64,000 nt of DNA. It comes from Negativicutes bacterium. GTDB taxonomy: Bacteria; Bacillota; Negativicutes; JAAYSF01. The translations under genes were made by a program, and so were the position numbers. Position 1 is the first letter of the stretch, and the number at the start of each line of letters is the position of its first letter. Under the pieces are notes generated by a model that saw only the letters and a list, made by a program, of their open reading frames with translations, ran no database searches and was not told the DNA's origin. The DNA lies in assembly GCA_028707635.1 (NCBI GenBank), contig JAQWAQ010000004.1:2548-66547 (forward strand), read 5' to 3'. Shown here in pieces: positions 29,023-38,524 of this stretch.

Positions 29023-31314
29023 TCAATTATTCGCTTTCATACTCCAAACACCGCAGGGGCAAATTCCGGCACAAATGCCACAGCCAATACATTTCTCTGG
29101 ATCGGATACATATTCAAATTTCCCATCAGGAAGGACTTGCCGTTCAATGGCTTTTTCGGGGCAAGACATATAGCACATATGGCAGTCGCGGCAAGTACCG
29201 CAACTTAAACACCGAGTATAATCCTCGCTGGCCATGGGCGCTGCACAAGTATGACACTTTTTAAAATATTCTTGAGAAAGCCTGGCAGCGGAAATTTTGG
29301 GTTTTTCTTTCGCCTCATAGTGACTGCCATTTAAATAAGCATCTACTGCCAAAGCCGCTTGCCGACCAGCTGCAATGGCATCAACCAGCCGACCGGGTTT
29401 GATGGTATCACCGGCTGTAAAAATGCCGTCAGCAATACTATAGTCAGCTTTAGGAACTAACAAACCGCGCACCGTCGGTATTCCTGCAGGTAAGAAGTCA
29501 AGAATCGGATTCTCGCCAATGCTGCATATCACACTGTCCGCTCTAAGCAGTTCTCCACTTTGCGTTATTATCCCGGCATCCGTTATCTCCTTGGTAAACA
29601 CCGGCCATAAAAGTTTACCGCCCAAGTTTTCCACTGTAGCAATTTCTTTAGCAAAAGCAGCCGGCTTCTGAATATCAATACAAGTGACTTCTTCAGCCCC
29701 CATTTCATAGGCGCCAACGGCTGCATCCATTCCAGAATTTCCACAGCCGATGACAATAACTTTCTTGCCAATCGACGGACGTTGGCCACGGTTGATGGCC
29801 TTCAAAAAGTCAATACTGGCAATGAGTCTCTCACTGCCCGGCCATGGTGGATTCTTAGCCGCATGGCTGCCTGTCGCCACAATAACAGCATCACAGTTGT
29901 TTTTAATTTCATCAAACTTAGCATTGTCAACTTGGTTATTCGTTTTGAACTTTACACCCAGGGACTCGATGCGGCGCAGTTCATTCTTGAGAACATCTGC
30001 AGCCAGACGAGCCCGCGGAATAGCTTGTTCCATTTTGCCGCCCATTTTGGGGTCGGCTTCATAGACAGTTACATCATAGCCTTCCCGCACCAACTGCCAG
30101 GCAGCAGTTAGTCCAGCGGCTCCTCCGCCAATTATTCCGACTGTACGGCTATTTTTATTACTGATTGGAGCTGCCTTTATCGTGGCTGACATTGAGCCCA
30201 GTGCGCCAATTTGTGCCGGGAAGTCAATGTTGAGCCGCGAACAGTCATCCATACAGGGATTCGGACAAACTGAACCGCAGACAGATCCCGGAAATGGCGT
30301 ATAGTCAAGAACAAGTTTATAGGCTTGCTGAACTTTTCCTTCGCGTAATAAGTTAAATCTTTCTTGGGACGGAATCGATGCTGGACAATTAAATTCACAC
30401 GGCGCGGCAAACAAACTATTCTCCCAGACCGGCACCCGCTGGCGGTTAATGCCGCGAGCAACAAGTCCGCCCACTGCAAGATCGTCATTAACAACATCAC
30501 TAAAAATGCCTTGGGGAACCCACTCCTGAACACGAAAGCCCTTTGTATTACTCGGACGTTTTTGGGGGCGCTCCTCATAGGTCAATGGCATAACTTTCTG
30601 CCATTCCTGCCAATTGGTCAATTCAGCACGTATTTCAGGCTTATCAATTGAGGCTAGAAAGTCATCCATATTACTTTCCAGATACGCAATATCCTGGTCA
30701 CTAAGGGCTGATATTTTAACATCCTTGGTAGATAGACCCGCTGCTTTACCGCGGTAATACAAAACTCCGCCAACCATACCGACACATGACCGATCACCTA
30801 ATACCGATTCAAACTCGTCACAGTCATAACCGCACACAACGGCAATACCGCCTGACATAAATTCAAAGGAAAAACTGCCGCAGTTCTTCAGCACCCACAA
30901 TCCAGGCGGATCATACAACGGATCATGCTTCATCAGCGAACCCGAGCGAGTTCCGGCGCGGCCACCGATATAGATTGTGCCGGCTGCCGCGCAGTGGCCG
31001 GTGGTATCACCGCCATCACCCTTAACAACGATCTTGCCGCCGGCATTAAGCCAGCCGACATCAGCTGGAGCAGGGCCTTCTACAATGATTTCAGTTCCCG
31101 CCAAACACATCGAACCAACCCGCTGGCCAGGATTCTCAACATAAAAGGTTAAGGTTTTTCCTTCTGGATGCCAGAGCGGTCCGCCAATATCATGTTGGCC
31201 TGAACCTGCTATTTTAAATTCTGTTTCGCCAGCCGCTAAAGCCTGGTTAATGGCCTCTAACAAATGCTGGGTGGACATACGTTCATTGCCATTAATAGTA
31301 TTTATTTTAAACAT
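29023..31314 (-). CDS. Fused glutamate synthase GXGXG domain (GltB3-like) / NADPH-dependent small subunit (GltD-like) with a C-terminal 2x[4Fe-4S] ferredoxin domain
   Basis: N-terminal GltB C-terminal-domain repeats (GSGQHDIGG..., AGGKIVVKGDGGDTTG). A central FAD/NAD(P) oxidoreductase (VGIIGGGAAGLTAAWQL..., VIVIGCGNSGMDAA). C-terminal CIGCGICAGICPCG. Start at MFKINT, with RBS AGGAGGG. Confidence 0.8.
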   Translation of the reverse strand: MFKINTINGNERMSTQHLLEAINQALAAGETEFKIAGSGQHDIGGPLWHPEGKTLTFYVENPGQRVGSMCLAGTEIIVEGPAPADVGWLNAGGKIVVKGDGGDTTGHCAAAGTIYIGGRAGTRSGSLMKHDPLYDPPGLWVLKNCGSFSFEFMSGGIAVVCGYDCDEFESVLGDRSCVGMVGGVLYYRGKAAGLSTKDVKISALSDQDIAYLESNMDDFLASIDKPEIRAELTNWQEWQKVMPLTYEERPQKRPSNTKGFRVQEWVPQGIFSDVVNDDLAVGGLVARGINRQRVPVWENSLFAAPCEFNCPASIPSQERFNLLREGKVQQAYKLVLDYTPFPGSVCGSVCPNPCMDDCSRLNIDFPAQIGALGSMSATIKAAPISNKNSRTVGIIGGGAAGLTAAWQLVREGYDVTVYEADPKMGGKMEQAIPRARLAADVLKNELRRIESLGVKFKTNNQVDNAKFDEIKNNCDAVIVATGSHAAKNPPWPGSERLIASIDFLKAINRGQRPSIGKKVIVIGCGNSGMDAAVGAYEMGAEEVTCIDIQKPAAFAKEIATVENLGGKLLWPVFTKEITDAGIITQSGELLRADSVICSIGENPILDFLPAGIPTVRGLLVPKADYSIADGIFTAGDTIKPGRLVDAIAAGRQAALAVDAYLNGSHYEAKEKPKISAARLSQEYFKKCHTCAAPMASEDYTRCLSCGTCRDCHMCYMSCPEKAIERQVLPDGKFEYVSDPEKCIGCGICAGICPCGVWSMKANN

Positions 31315-31327
31315 TAACGCTTCCCTC

Positions 31328-32962
31328 CTAGCATGCGTACTGAATATTGAGTTTATCGGCAATTGCTTTATCAGTGGTAACCAATGCATCTGACCGGCCT
31401 ACCGGCAGCGTACTGTTGCCAATCGGCGCCATCAGCTTCTTAAGCTCAGCATCAAGGGCCAGCATATAATCCACAATGTTCTGGGCCGCCTTGTCAATAT
31501 CAAGCCGCCGTACCAAATGCGGATCCTGAGTACAGATGCCTGTCGGGCACTTACCAGTACTGCAAGAGTTGCAGCGGCCTTGTTCATTACCGATACAGCC
31601 GCAAAGCTGGATGAGCATTTTTCCAAGAAACACCCCATTAGCTCCTAAACAAAGGAGCTTGAATGCATCAGCTGCTGCATTGCCTGTCAAACCGACCCCA
31701 CCTCCGGCCCAGAGCGGAATTTGTCCCTGGCTGCCTTGCTTAACAGCAGCCAAATAGCATTCCCGAACCTTAGAAACAATCGGATGACCGGTGTGATCCA
31801 ACGATACTTCATTCGCAGCACCGGTTCCGCCCTGAATGCCATCCAGGAAGAAACCGCCGCAAATTTTATAAGGATCACGCAATAGATTGTTATAGACAGA
31901 AACCGAGGTAGCCGAAGCGGCACACTTAATCGCGACAGGCACCCGAAACTTAAAGGCAGCATTCATTGATAGAAACATTTTCTGCACCGACTCTTCAATC
32001 GAATAGAGCCCTTGGTGATTAGGCGGCGACATAAGGTCTGCTTTAGGCACACCGCGGATGGCCTGGACATGCGGCGCAACTTTTGCTGCTGGCAATAGTC
32101 CGCCATCACCCGGCTTAGCACCCTGACCGATTTTAATCAAAATACCAGCTGGGTCAACCTTCATCTCCGGCATGGCCTTGATAATTCTATTCCAGCCAAA
32201 ATGGCCTGACGCAATTTGAAGAATGGTATATTTCAAATACTCTGATTGCATAAGCTTAACTGGCATTCCGCCCTCGCCTGAACACATTCTGATCGGCATA
32301 TTATGCTTTTCGTTGAGATACGCTGTGGCCAAAGCAATGGCTTCCCAGGCCCGTGTAGATAGGGCGCCGATCGACATATCGCTGAATATGACTGGATAGA
32401 TCCAATTAACTGGCGGAGTTGAAGTTGTCAATTTCAGATCATTTCCCACCGCGGCCAGCGGCAGCTCTTTCGGTGATAATACGCGACCGAACGGTGCTAA
32501 AATATCAAAGGTATGACGCTCTGAATCCAGTGCGGGGTCAGTCATCTGAGAAATTCGCCCCACAATGATTTTATCAAGCGTTCGATCCGAATTAAGATTG
32601 GTACGTCCACCCCGTTTAATAGTGGCTCCGCCGGTCCGAGCCAGCAGGTTCTGACGAGAGTCGAGATTACGGATTGGTCTAATCGCGCGATTCGGACAAA
32701 CCTTTTCGCACATCCCACAGCCTACGCATGCATTCGTTAGACTAGCCTTTTGACGAATGACAGGTACTGCGGAGTGACGCTGCGTTGGGGAAGGCTGATG
32801 GCCGGTAGAAACGGTAACTGAACGACGTTCAACGCCCGCTTCGATGGCATTAAAGGTACAGGTTGCTACGCAGCTCCCGCACATTGTACACCTATCGGAC
32901 TGGTATTCAATTTTCCACGGCAAGTCAATCACCGAAACATCCTGCATTTTTACTGTTTCCAT
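31328..32962 (-). CDS. Glutamate synthase FMN-binding/synthase domain protein (GltB2-like) with an N-terminal 4Fe-4S ferredoxin domain
   Basis: N-terminal CxxCxxCxxxC motifs, then the GltB central FMN-domain signatures (LIKIGQGAKPGDGGLLP, DGIQGGTGAA). Confidence 0.85.
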   Translation of the reverse strand: METVKMQDVSVIDLPWKIEYQSDRCTMCGSCVATCTFNAIEAGVERRSVTVSTGHQPSPTQRHSAVPVIRQKASLTNACVGCGMCEKVCPNRAIRPIRNLDSRQNLLARTGGATIKRGGRTNLNSDRTLDKIIVGRISQMTDPALDSERHTFDILAPFGRVLSPKELPLAAVGNDLKLTTSTPPVNWIYPVIFSDMSIGALSTRAWEAIALATAYLNEKHNMPIRMCSGEGGMPVKLMQSEYLKYTILQIASGHFGWNRIIKAMPEMKVDPAGILIKIGQGAKPGDGGLLPAAKVAPHVQAIRGVPKADLMSPPNHQGLYSIEESVQKMFLSMNAAFKFRVPVAIKCAASATSVSVYNNLLRDPYKICGGFFLDGIQGGTGAANEVSLDHTGHPIVSKVRECYLAAVKQGSQGQIPLWAGGGVGLTGNAAADAFKLLCLGANGVFLGKMLIQLCGCIGNEQGRCNSCSTGKCPTGICTQDPHLVRRLDIDKAAQNIVDYMLALDAELKKLMAPIGNSTLPVGRSDALVTTDKAIADKLNIQYAC

Positions 32963-34056
32963 CGTTCTACCTCCAATCTCTCATTGATTAATACTACCTC
33001 GCGTTCATTCGGATAAATATCGAGTGTTTTATCCCGGTCCGGCAAAATTGTATTGATGCCGCATACTTCTGATGCTATGGCCAGAGTATTCTCATCACGG
33101 CCAACAACAACCGGTCGCAGTTTTTTAGAATCACAGCAAGTCATCATATCACCGCTGGGCAGCATTGCAATAATGGTATTCGGCCCATTGATTTCAAGAT
33201 GTCCGAGTGACTGCCTGATAGCTGTTAACTCAGCTCTGTCAGACCGGGTTGTAATCTCAGCGAAAGGCAGCGGCGTGATGACATGTTTATAGTATTTTAT
33301 CGGCCACTTAAGTTCATGAAGAACATAGTGCAGCGTATAAAGGAAATTCTGTGAATCAGATTCAAAGCCGATATAACCGCGATGCAGTGACTTTTGAAAT
33401 TCCTTGTTCTTAGTATAAAAAGTATTTTCACCATTAGCGCATAGCGTATAGCCCTGGAGAAAAAACGGGTGCGCGGCATAGCGAACAATATCATAATTTG
33501 TATTCTGGCGGCACTGCACGACGATGTTTTTTGCCGTCAGCTCATCCGTTTCTTTCCACAGGCCGAAGTATTCGGCAATGTCTCGCGGATCGCCAATTTC
33601 CTTGAGGGTCAGAACATCAGGCCAAAATGAGTAAACATACCCTTGACCGGCTTTTTCCAATAATTCACGAAGCGCCAGCCGGATATCAAGTAATAATTCG
33701 GCCTTAGCTTCCGGAGTCGTATCAGCATAATGCTCCGGATAATCATAAGCGCGAAATATATAGTAAGGCATAGCTTTAATATCAAGACCCGGCCTTTTGC
33801 TGATATTAGGAATCCATTCATAAACAGGATTGAAGTTGTTATTATCCATAAAATCTTCAATCAATTTATTGCCTTTTTGTGTACATGCTACCGATAACAA
33901 CGGTTTGTCCTTATACTCGGCAAATCGTCCATAAAGGTCCTGCATGACCATCGCGAAGCCTGAGTTGTCATGTCCTTCCTGCTGCGGCAGCATTAAATAT
34001 AATGCCTTTGACGGATGAAAAGGAACCTTACTTTTTATCGCCCCTATTCTACACAT
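32950..34056 (-). CDS. Class II (Ntn) glutamine amidotransferase domain protein (GltB1-like)
   Basis: Start assigned to the ATG-TGT (MCRIGAIKS...) so that the nucleophile Cys immediately follows Met, as in Ntn amidotransferases. RBS GGAAGAGGTGGA upstream. The upstream in-frame extension to 34269 is rejected. Confidence 0.8.
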   Translation of the reverse strand: MCRIGAIKSKVPFHPSKALYLMLPQQEGHDNSGFAMVMQDLYGRFAEYKDKPLLSVACTQKGNKLIEDFMDNNNFNPVYEWIPNISKRPGLDIKAMPYYIFRAYDYPEHYADTTPEAKAELLLDIRLALRELLEKAGQGYVYSFWPDVLTLKEIGDPRDIAEYFGLWKETDELTAKNIVVQCRQNTNYDIVRYAAHPFFLQGYTLCANGENTFYTKNKEFQKSLHRGYIGFESDSQNFLYTLHYVLHELKWPIKYYKHVITPLPFAEITTRSDRAELTAIRQSLGHLEINGPNTIIAMLPSGDMMTCCDSKKLRPVVVGRDENTLAIASEVCGINTILPDRDKTLDIYPNEREVVLINERLEVERWKQ

Positions 34057-34270
34057 TAAAATTCCACCTCTTCCACTTTTTCGATTTTTAGAATGTAAAA
34101 AACCCTGCGCAAGACCGGAAATAAAATTCCAGGACCTTCCGCAGGGTCTTTTATACCCACGGTGTAGTGCTTTTCGAAGTGCACTTGTGCCGCTCGGTCC
34201 AGCCCGCAATTTGCGCGGAACCCTAGGCACTCTCCTTGGATCAGCGGGGGCATCCCGCCTTTTCCACATC
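34057..34270 (-). promoter_or_regulatory. Structured 5' leader of the split glutamate synthase operon, with an intrinsic terminator and overlapping anti-terminator (candidate attenuator/riboswitch)
   Basis: Minus-strand transcript contains GACCCUGCG...CGCAGGGUU followed by UUUUUU, ending about 40 nt upstream of the start codon. An upstream alternative stem GGGUAUAAAAGACCC overlaps the terminator's 5' arm. Further upstream hairpins are AGUGCACUUCGAAAAGCACU and GCGGGAUGCCCCCGC. Confidence 0.45.
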
Positions 34271-34675
34271 TATTAGCCTTTTGTCCTTATTGCAAACACA
34301 TTTATTTACAACAACTTAATTATAGAAACGAATTGTTATACTGTCAATATGCATAATAAAATAAAGTTTATTCTGATAAATCCCGTAATTATTGGGTTAT
34401 CTAGCCAGGCTTAGCTTTGTATATTGTATATTTATTCATCTGTTGTCCTTTACACCAGCAGGGCCGCAATGTGTAAACTGTTAAGTCGATTCCTTAGTTC
34501 CACTATCGTGTCATAATATTTTTTTAAAAACGCCTTTATTCACACCATCATGTATTGAATTGTTTTTCAGTATACATGCATATCTTCCACTTTTATCTGA
34601 AGAGCAAGCCGCTATATGAATATAATTGCTTCTTTTGAACCATAATGGTAATAACTGACTATAGAACAGGAGCTT

Positions 34676-35254
34676 GTGATGCTGAATAATCTATTAAATT
34701 TCCCAAAATTGAGCTCAGATCTAAAATTCAATATTCATCAACCGCAAACTGTCAATCATATTGCTTTACATGTATCAACCATCCTTCAGCGCGCTACTCA
34801 AGCGGGCCACGAGATTGTGATTGTCTGTATTGGAACCGATCGCTCAACAGGCGACTCTTTGGGTCCTCTTGCCGGCAGTAAAATGCTTGAACTCAATACC
34901 GCCCCCCACATTTATGGCACCCTCGATAATCCTGTCCATGCTACAAATTTAAATGATGTGCTAAAGGAAATTAATGCTGCCTTTACAACTCCATACATCT
35001 TGGCAATTGATGCCTGCCTGGGTAAATTAGAAAGCGTTGGCTGCGTTTCCATTGGCCTAGGTCCCCTTAGACCAGGTGCTGCCGTGAACAAAGACTTACC
35101 ACCTGTTGGCAATGCTTATATAACTGGCATTGTCAATGTAGGTGGCTTTATGGAACACCTTGTTCTCCAAAGCACCCGCCTTAACTTAGTCATAAAAATG
35201 GCTGACACGATCGCCCTTGGCATCACGTCAGCTGTAAAAAACCAGATACACTAA
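34676..35254 (+). CDS. yyaC: Sporulation protein YyaC (GPR-like endopeptidase family, DUF1256)
   Basis: CIGTDRSTGDSLGPL motif and overall YyaC architecture. Origin-proximal location as in B. subtilis. Confidence 0.8.
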   Translation: MMLNNLLNFPKLSSDLKFNIHQPQTVNHIALHVSTILQRATQAGHEIVIVCIGTDRSTGDSLGPLAGSKMLELNTAPHIYGTLDNPVHATNLNDVLKEINAAFTTPYILAIDACLGKLESVGCVSIGLGPLRPGAAVNKDLPPVGNAYITGIVNVGGFMEHLVLQSTRLNLVIKMADTIALGITSAVKNQIH

Positions 35255-35284
35255 AAAATCAGGGCCCTTTCGGTGCCCTGATTT

Positions 35285-35521
35285 TTACAGACTATCTAAT
35301 TCTTCTAAAATATCGTTTGCTGTCTTTCCGCTGGCATTGATGACTGGCACCGCTGTTACAGTGTCCTGCATGTTCATTAAATTACTGTAAGCACCGCTTA
35401 CCACAACTGCATCAACAGTATCCATATCAGCAGATTCAAGCGGCACCACTTCATAACCTTCGGTCTCAAGTACCTCAAAAAGGTTTTTCAGATTCTTCTC
35501 AATAGCAATAAGTCCTTGCAT
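35285..35521 (-). CDS. UPF0180 family protein (YkuS-like)
   Basis: 78 aa; the pattern EGYEVVPLESAD...DAVVVSGAYSNLMNMQD...ASGKTANDILEEL matches B. subtilis YkuS. Confidence 0.6.
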   Translation of the reverse strand: MQGLIAIEKNLKNLFEVLETEGYEVVPLESADMDTVDAVVVSGAYSNLMNMQDTVTAVPVINASGKTANDILEELDSL

Positions 35522-35587
35522 TATCTACACCTCCAGCCTTATATTGACCAAATCTAACGTGGATTATCCCTAAAAAAACAAAGGCGT

Positions 35588-35625
35588 GTGGTTCTTTTTC
35601 CACACGCCTTTTTGCTAACAGTAGT
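35588..35625. terminator. Bidirectional terminator after the bactofilin gene
   Basis: GGCGTGTGG ttcttttt CCACACGCC flanked by A6 and T5. Confidence 0.55.
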
Positions 35626-35644
35626 CCAGCTAAAGCTAAACAAT

Positions 35645-36019
35645 TCACTTCGCCTTTTTTGGTGCTGTTTCATTATTAAGCATTTGACAAGCACCTTTAA
35701 AAACTGCGCCTTCTCCAATAATCAATGCCTGGGCTTTAATATCACCATATAATTTGGCTGTCGCCAACAGCTCCAAACGCCCGCTAACAGCTACGTTTCC
35801 CTCTACGATTCCGGCAATGGTGGCATTCACCGCCGTTATCTGCGCAGTTGCCTTTCCTGTCTGACCAATGACAGCAGTAGCTGCAGTAACCAATTCACCC
35901 TCTAGTACGCCATCGACACGAACCGAACCTTTAGCCGATAGTGAGCCCTTAAATTGAGTATCCTGACCAATGATCGTTTCCATTTCTTCATTGACGACTG
36001 TATTTTTTCTACCAAACAT
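35645..36019 (-). CDS. Bactofilin (polymer-forming cytoskeletal protein, DUF583/CcmA)
   Basis: 124 aa with repetitive beta-helix motifs (VDGVLEGELV..., IAGIVEGNVAVSGRLELL). Confidence 0.8.
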   Translation of the reverse strand: MFGRKNTVVNEEMETIIGQDTQFKGSLSAKGSVRVDGVLEGELVTAATAVIGQTGKATAQITAVNATIAGIVEGNVAVSGRLELLATAKLYGDIKAQALIIGEGAVFKGACQMLNNETAPKKAK

Positions 36020-36045
36020 TTAGTCACGCTGCCTTTCAAATAATG

Positions 36046-36969
36046 CTATAAAAACTTAGCCGGATTAACGGCCGTGCCATTCACTCTAATCTCATAATGC
36101 ACATGCGGACCGGTACTCCATCCAGTATTGCCCATATAAGCAATGGTTTCGCCTTTTTTCACATATTGACCTTCACTGACGATATTCTCAGAATTATGGG
36201 CATAGATAGTAACAATTCCATTCCCATGATCAATCTTGACCATTTTCCCATAACCAGTATACCAGCCGCTATGCACAACACGGCCAGCCCCTGTTGCCAT
36301 AATCGGTGTACCAGCATCATTCGCTATATCAATGCCAGGATGCCAATCACTGCCGCCACCCCAAGGCGAGCTGCGCCATCCGAAGCGCGAGGTCACGTCA
36401 CCACTACTTGGCCATAATGAAGGCGTAGCACTCATTCTAGCGTTACGTTCCTCTAAGGCTTCACGCAAATGATTGAGGCTCTCCTCCCGCACCTTGGCTT
36501 GCTGCTGAAGCTGTTCCACATAAGTAATAAGTTCGCTCAATGAAGGCTGACCAAGTGGACCGCCCTGTCCAGTATAGACACCCGGTGGTCTGATCGTACC
36601 GGCCCGCGATGTCTCAGGCTGTTCTTCTGCATTGACCAACCGCCGGATTTCAGCATCCAGCGTATTCAATCGATCCATGTCACTTTGCAGAACGGTTGTC
36701 ACTTGCGTCAGCTGTTCAATTTGCTTATACTGCTCGCCATTCGCCTGACGCAAAGTCTGCAACTCAGCCTTCTCAGACATTGCCGTCGCAATAACGGTAT
36801 TATACTTTACGCCAAAACCAGCTGCCACCACCAAAAAAACACCTAACACGACTGCTGTAATTTTGATAGCTCTAATCGGTATTTTTATACTACGCACCGC
36901 CTGGCCATTGTGTGGAACTACCATTAAGGTATATTCGCGTCTATCTGGTAATGATTTTTTCGATTCCAA
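36046..36969 (-). CDS. M23 family metallopeptidase with an N-terminal TM and coiled-coil region
   Basis: C-terminal LytM domain motifs (HPGIDIA, GNTGWSTGPHVHYEI). Start is probably the TTG at 36969, 7 nt after GGGAGG. The ORF extends to 36975. Confidence 0.8.
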   Translation of the reverse strand: MESKKSLPDRREYTLMVVPHNGQAVRSIKIPIRAIKITAVVLGVFLVVAAGFGVKYNTVIATAMSEKAELQTLRQANGEQYKQIEQLTQVTTVLQSDMDRLNTLDAEIRRLVNAEEQPETSRAGTIRPPGVYTGQGGPLGQPSLSELITYVEQLQQQAKVREESLNHLREALEERNARMSATPSLWPSSGDVTSRFGWRSSPWGGGSDWHPGIDIANDAGTPIMATGAGRVVHSGWYTGYGKMVKIDHGNGIVTIYAHNSENIVSEGQYVKKGETIAYMGNTGWSTGPHVHYEIRVNGTAVNPAKFL

Positions 36970-37164
36970 CCGCAAGCCTCCCTCTAAATTAGCTTCTCCG
37001 TAATTATTTCTTAAATAACACTTTCGCCAATATTTGGGAAATTCCTGCTAACCATTGGTATTTTTATTATAAAATAACAAAGCCGCTCCTAACTACCTTT
37101 TATACCTTGACCAGAGATAAAATGATAGTTAGGAACGGCTAGCATTCAGAATGAGTTCTCGGAA

Positions 37165-37674
37165 TCACACCTTATTTATCGCAATTTCTAAAGCTTTCTT
37201 TTCCTCATTTGTTAAAAAGTATGAAGACTGCCCCTCAGCGACAGGCTTAGCATACGACCTTGATTCACTTCTGCCAAAAATACTAGAAAGAATGATGCCA
37301 TTATTTTTTGCATCCAACAAAGCAATGGCATAACTTAAATCACTGCCGGTATCTTCGAAGGCATTAAACCTTACAACTCCAACTTTCTGTACGCAATTCT
37401 TCGAAGTATTTTCCAGTCGGCTGCAACTAGCTGAAAGCTGTTCAACCTTAGCCATGCCTTGCCTTACTTCTTCAATATGGCTCATAAGCAATCGCTCGAT
37501 GTTTGCCCCTTCCATCCCTTGCATCATCTTTCGATAGCGACGATTCATTTTAGCCAATTTAAAGTTTATATTTATAAAAATTATTAGTGCAAGCAATATC
37601 AGTACTGTCATTGTCAACAATACATACTGTAAATTGCTCATAATCAGAGCCGTAAACTGTGTTAGAGTTATCAT
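37165..37674 (-). CDS. DUF4446 family protein
   Basis: 169 aa with one N-terminal TM then a coiled-coil/alpha-beta domain. DUF4446 genes commonly neighbour parA/parB in Firmicutes. Confidence 0.55.
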   Translation of the reverse strand: MITLTQFTALIMSNLQYVLLTMTVLILLALIIFININFKLAKMNRRYRKMMQGMEGANIERLLMSHIEEVRQGMAKVEQLSASCSRLENTSKNCVQKVGVVRFNAFEDTGSDLSYAIALLDAKNNGIILSSIFGRSESRSYAKPVAEGQSSYFLTNEEKKALEIAINKV

Positions 37675-37751
37675 GCTCTCCTACCTTCCTTACCTCTAGT
37701 GTCGTCCTATAAGTCCGATGCCTGATACCTAAAGGGCCCAGGCGAGCAGCT

Positions 37752-38432
37752 TTATATTGGCCATACTGCGGCAATCACAGCTGCCAAAGGAATGGCCGGC
37801 AAAAAATTAGCTACCTTGATTGTTTTCATTTCCAACATTAACAAACAAATTCCGACAATTAACAAACCGCCGACAGCCGTCATCTCGTTAACCGCGCTTG
37901 CTGACAATATGTTCCCAAACCCCATGGCTAATAACGTTAATGCCCCTTGATATATAAGAATAGGAATACTAGAAAATGCAACCCCGATTCCCATGCTTGA
38001 AGCAAAAACAATCGCTGTTATGCCATCAAGCGTGGCCTTGACATATAGGGTGCTTGCATCGCCAGTCAGGCCATCTTGAATTGATCCCACTACCGCCATT
38101 GCGCCGACACAGAAAACCAGACTGGCCGTAACAAATCCTTGTCCTACGTTCCCATATTGACTGCCCAATCGTTCGCTTAGCTTTTCCCCTACTCTGTTTA
38201 ACCATCCATCAATATCGAGACTCTCACCAATTATTGCTCCTATGACCAAGCTTATGATGACAATAAGAATATTTTCAGTCTTAACGGCCATTTGTAGACC
38301 GACTAAACCAACAGCCAATGCGACCCCCTGCATGATGGTCGTCTGATATTTTTCTGGTATGCCGCGCTTGAGCATAAGGCCAATTCCTGACCCGACTAAC
38401 ACTGTTGCGACATTGACCAAAGTTCCCTTCAT
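37752..38432 (-). CDS. DUF554 family membrane protein (YdfK-like)
   Basis: Polytopic membrane protein. Start at MKGTLVN, with RBS GAAGGAGAAG. Confidence 0.65.
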   Translation of the reverse strand: MKGTLVNVATVLVGSGIGLMLKRGIPEKYQTTIMQGVALAVGLVGLQMAVKTENILIVIISLVIGAIIGESLDIDGWLNRVGEKLSERLGSQYGNVGQGFVTASLVFCVGAMAVVGSIQDGLTGDASTLYVKATLDGITAIVFASSMGIGVAFSSIPILIYQGALTLLAMGFGNILSASAVNEMTAVGGLLIVGICLLMLEMKTIKVANFLPAIPLAAVIAAVWPI

Positions 38433-38524
38433 TTTATCTTCTCCTTCTATCTGCATCCATACAGCGGCGAATGCTGTCATAATTACCTACTCACCAGGCA
38501 ACTGCAAGCTCGCAGGCAAGGCAA

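Noticed and set aside
34057-34269. 71-aa N-terminal extension of the amidotransferase ORF (MWKRRDAPADPRRVP...)
   Set aside because: The Arg/Pro-rich extension runs through a terminator hairpin. An Ntn amidotransferase must start Met-Cys, and a good RBS precedes the ATG-TGT at 34056.
37090-37150. Imperfect inverted repeat downstream of the DUF4446 gene, as a possible sRNA
   Set aside because: It has two mismatches and a large loop and lies in the expected terminator position with a T-run, so it is most simply a terminator.
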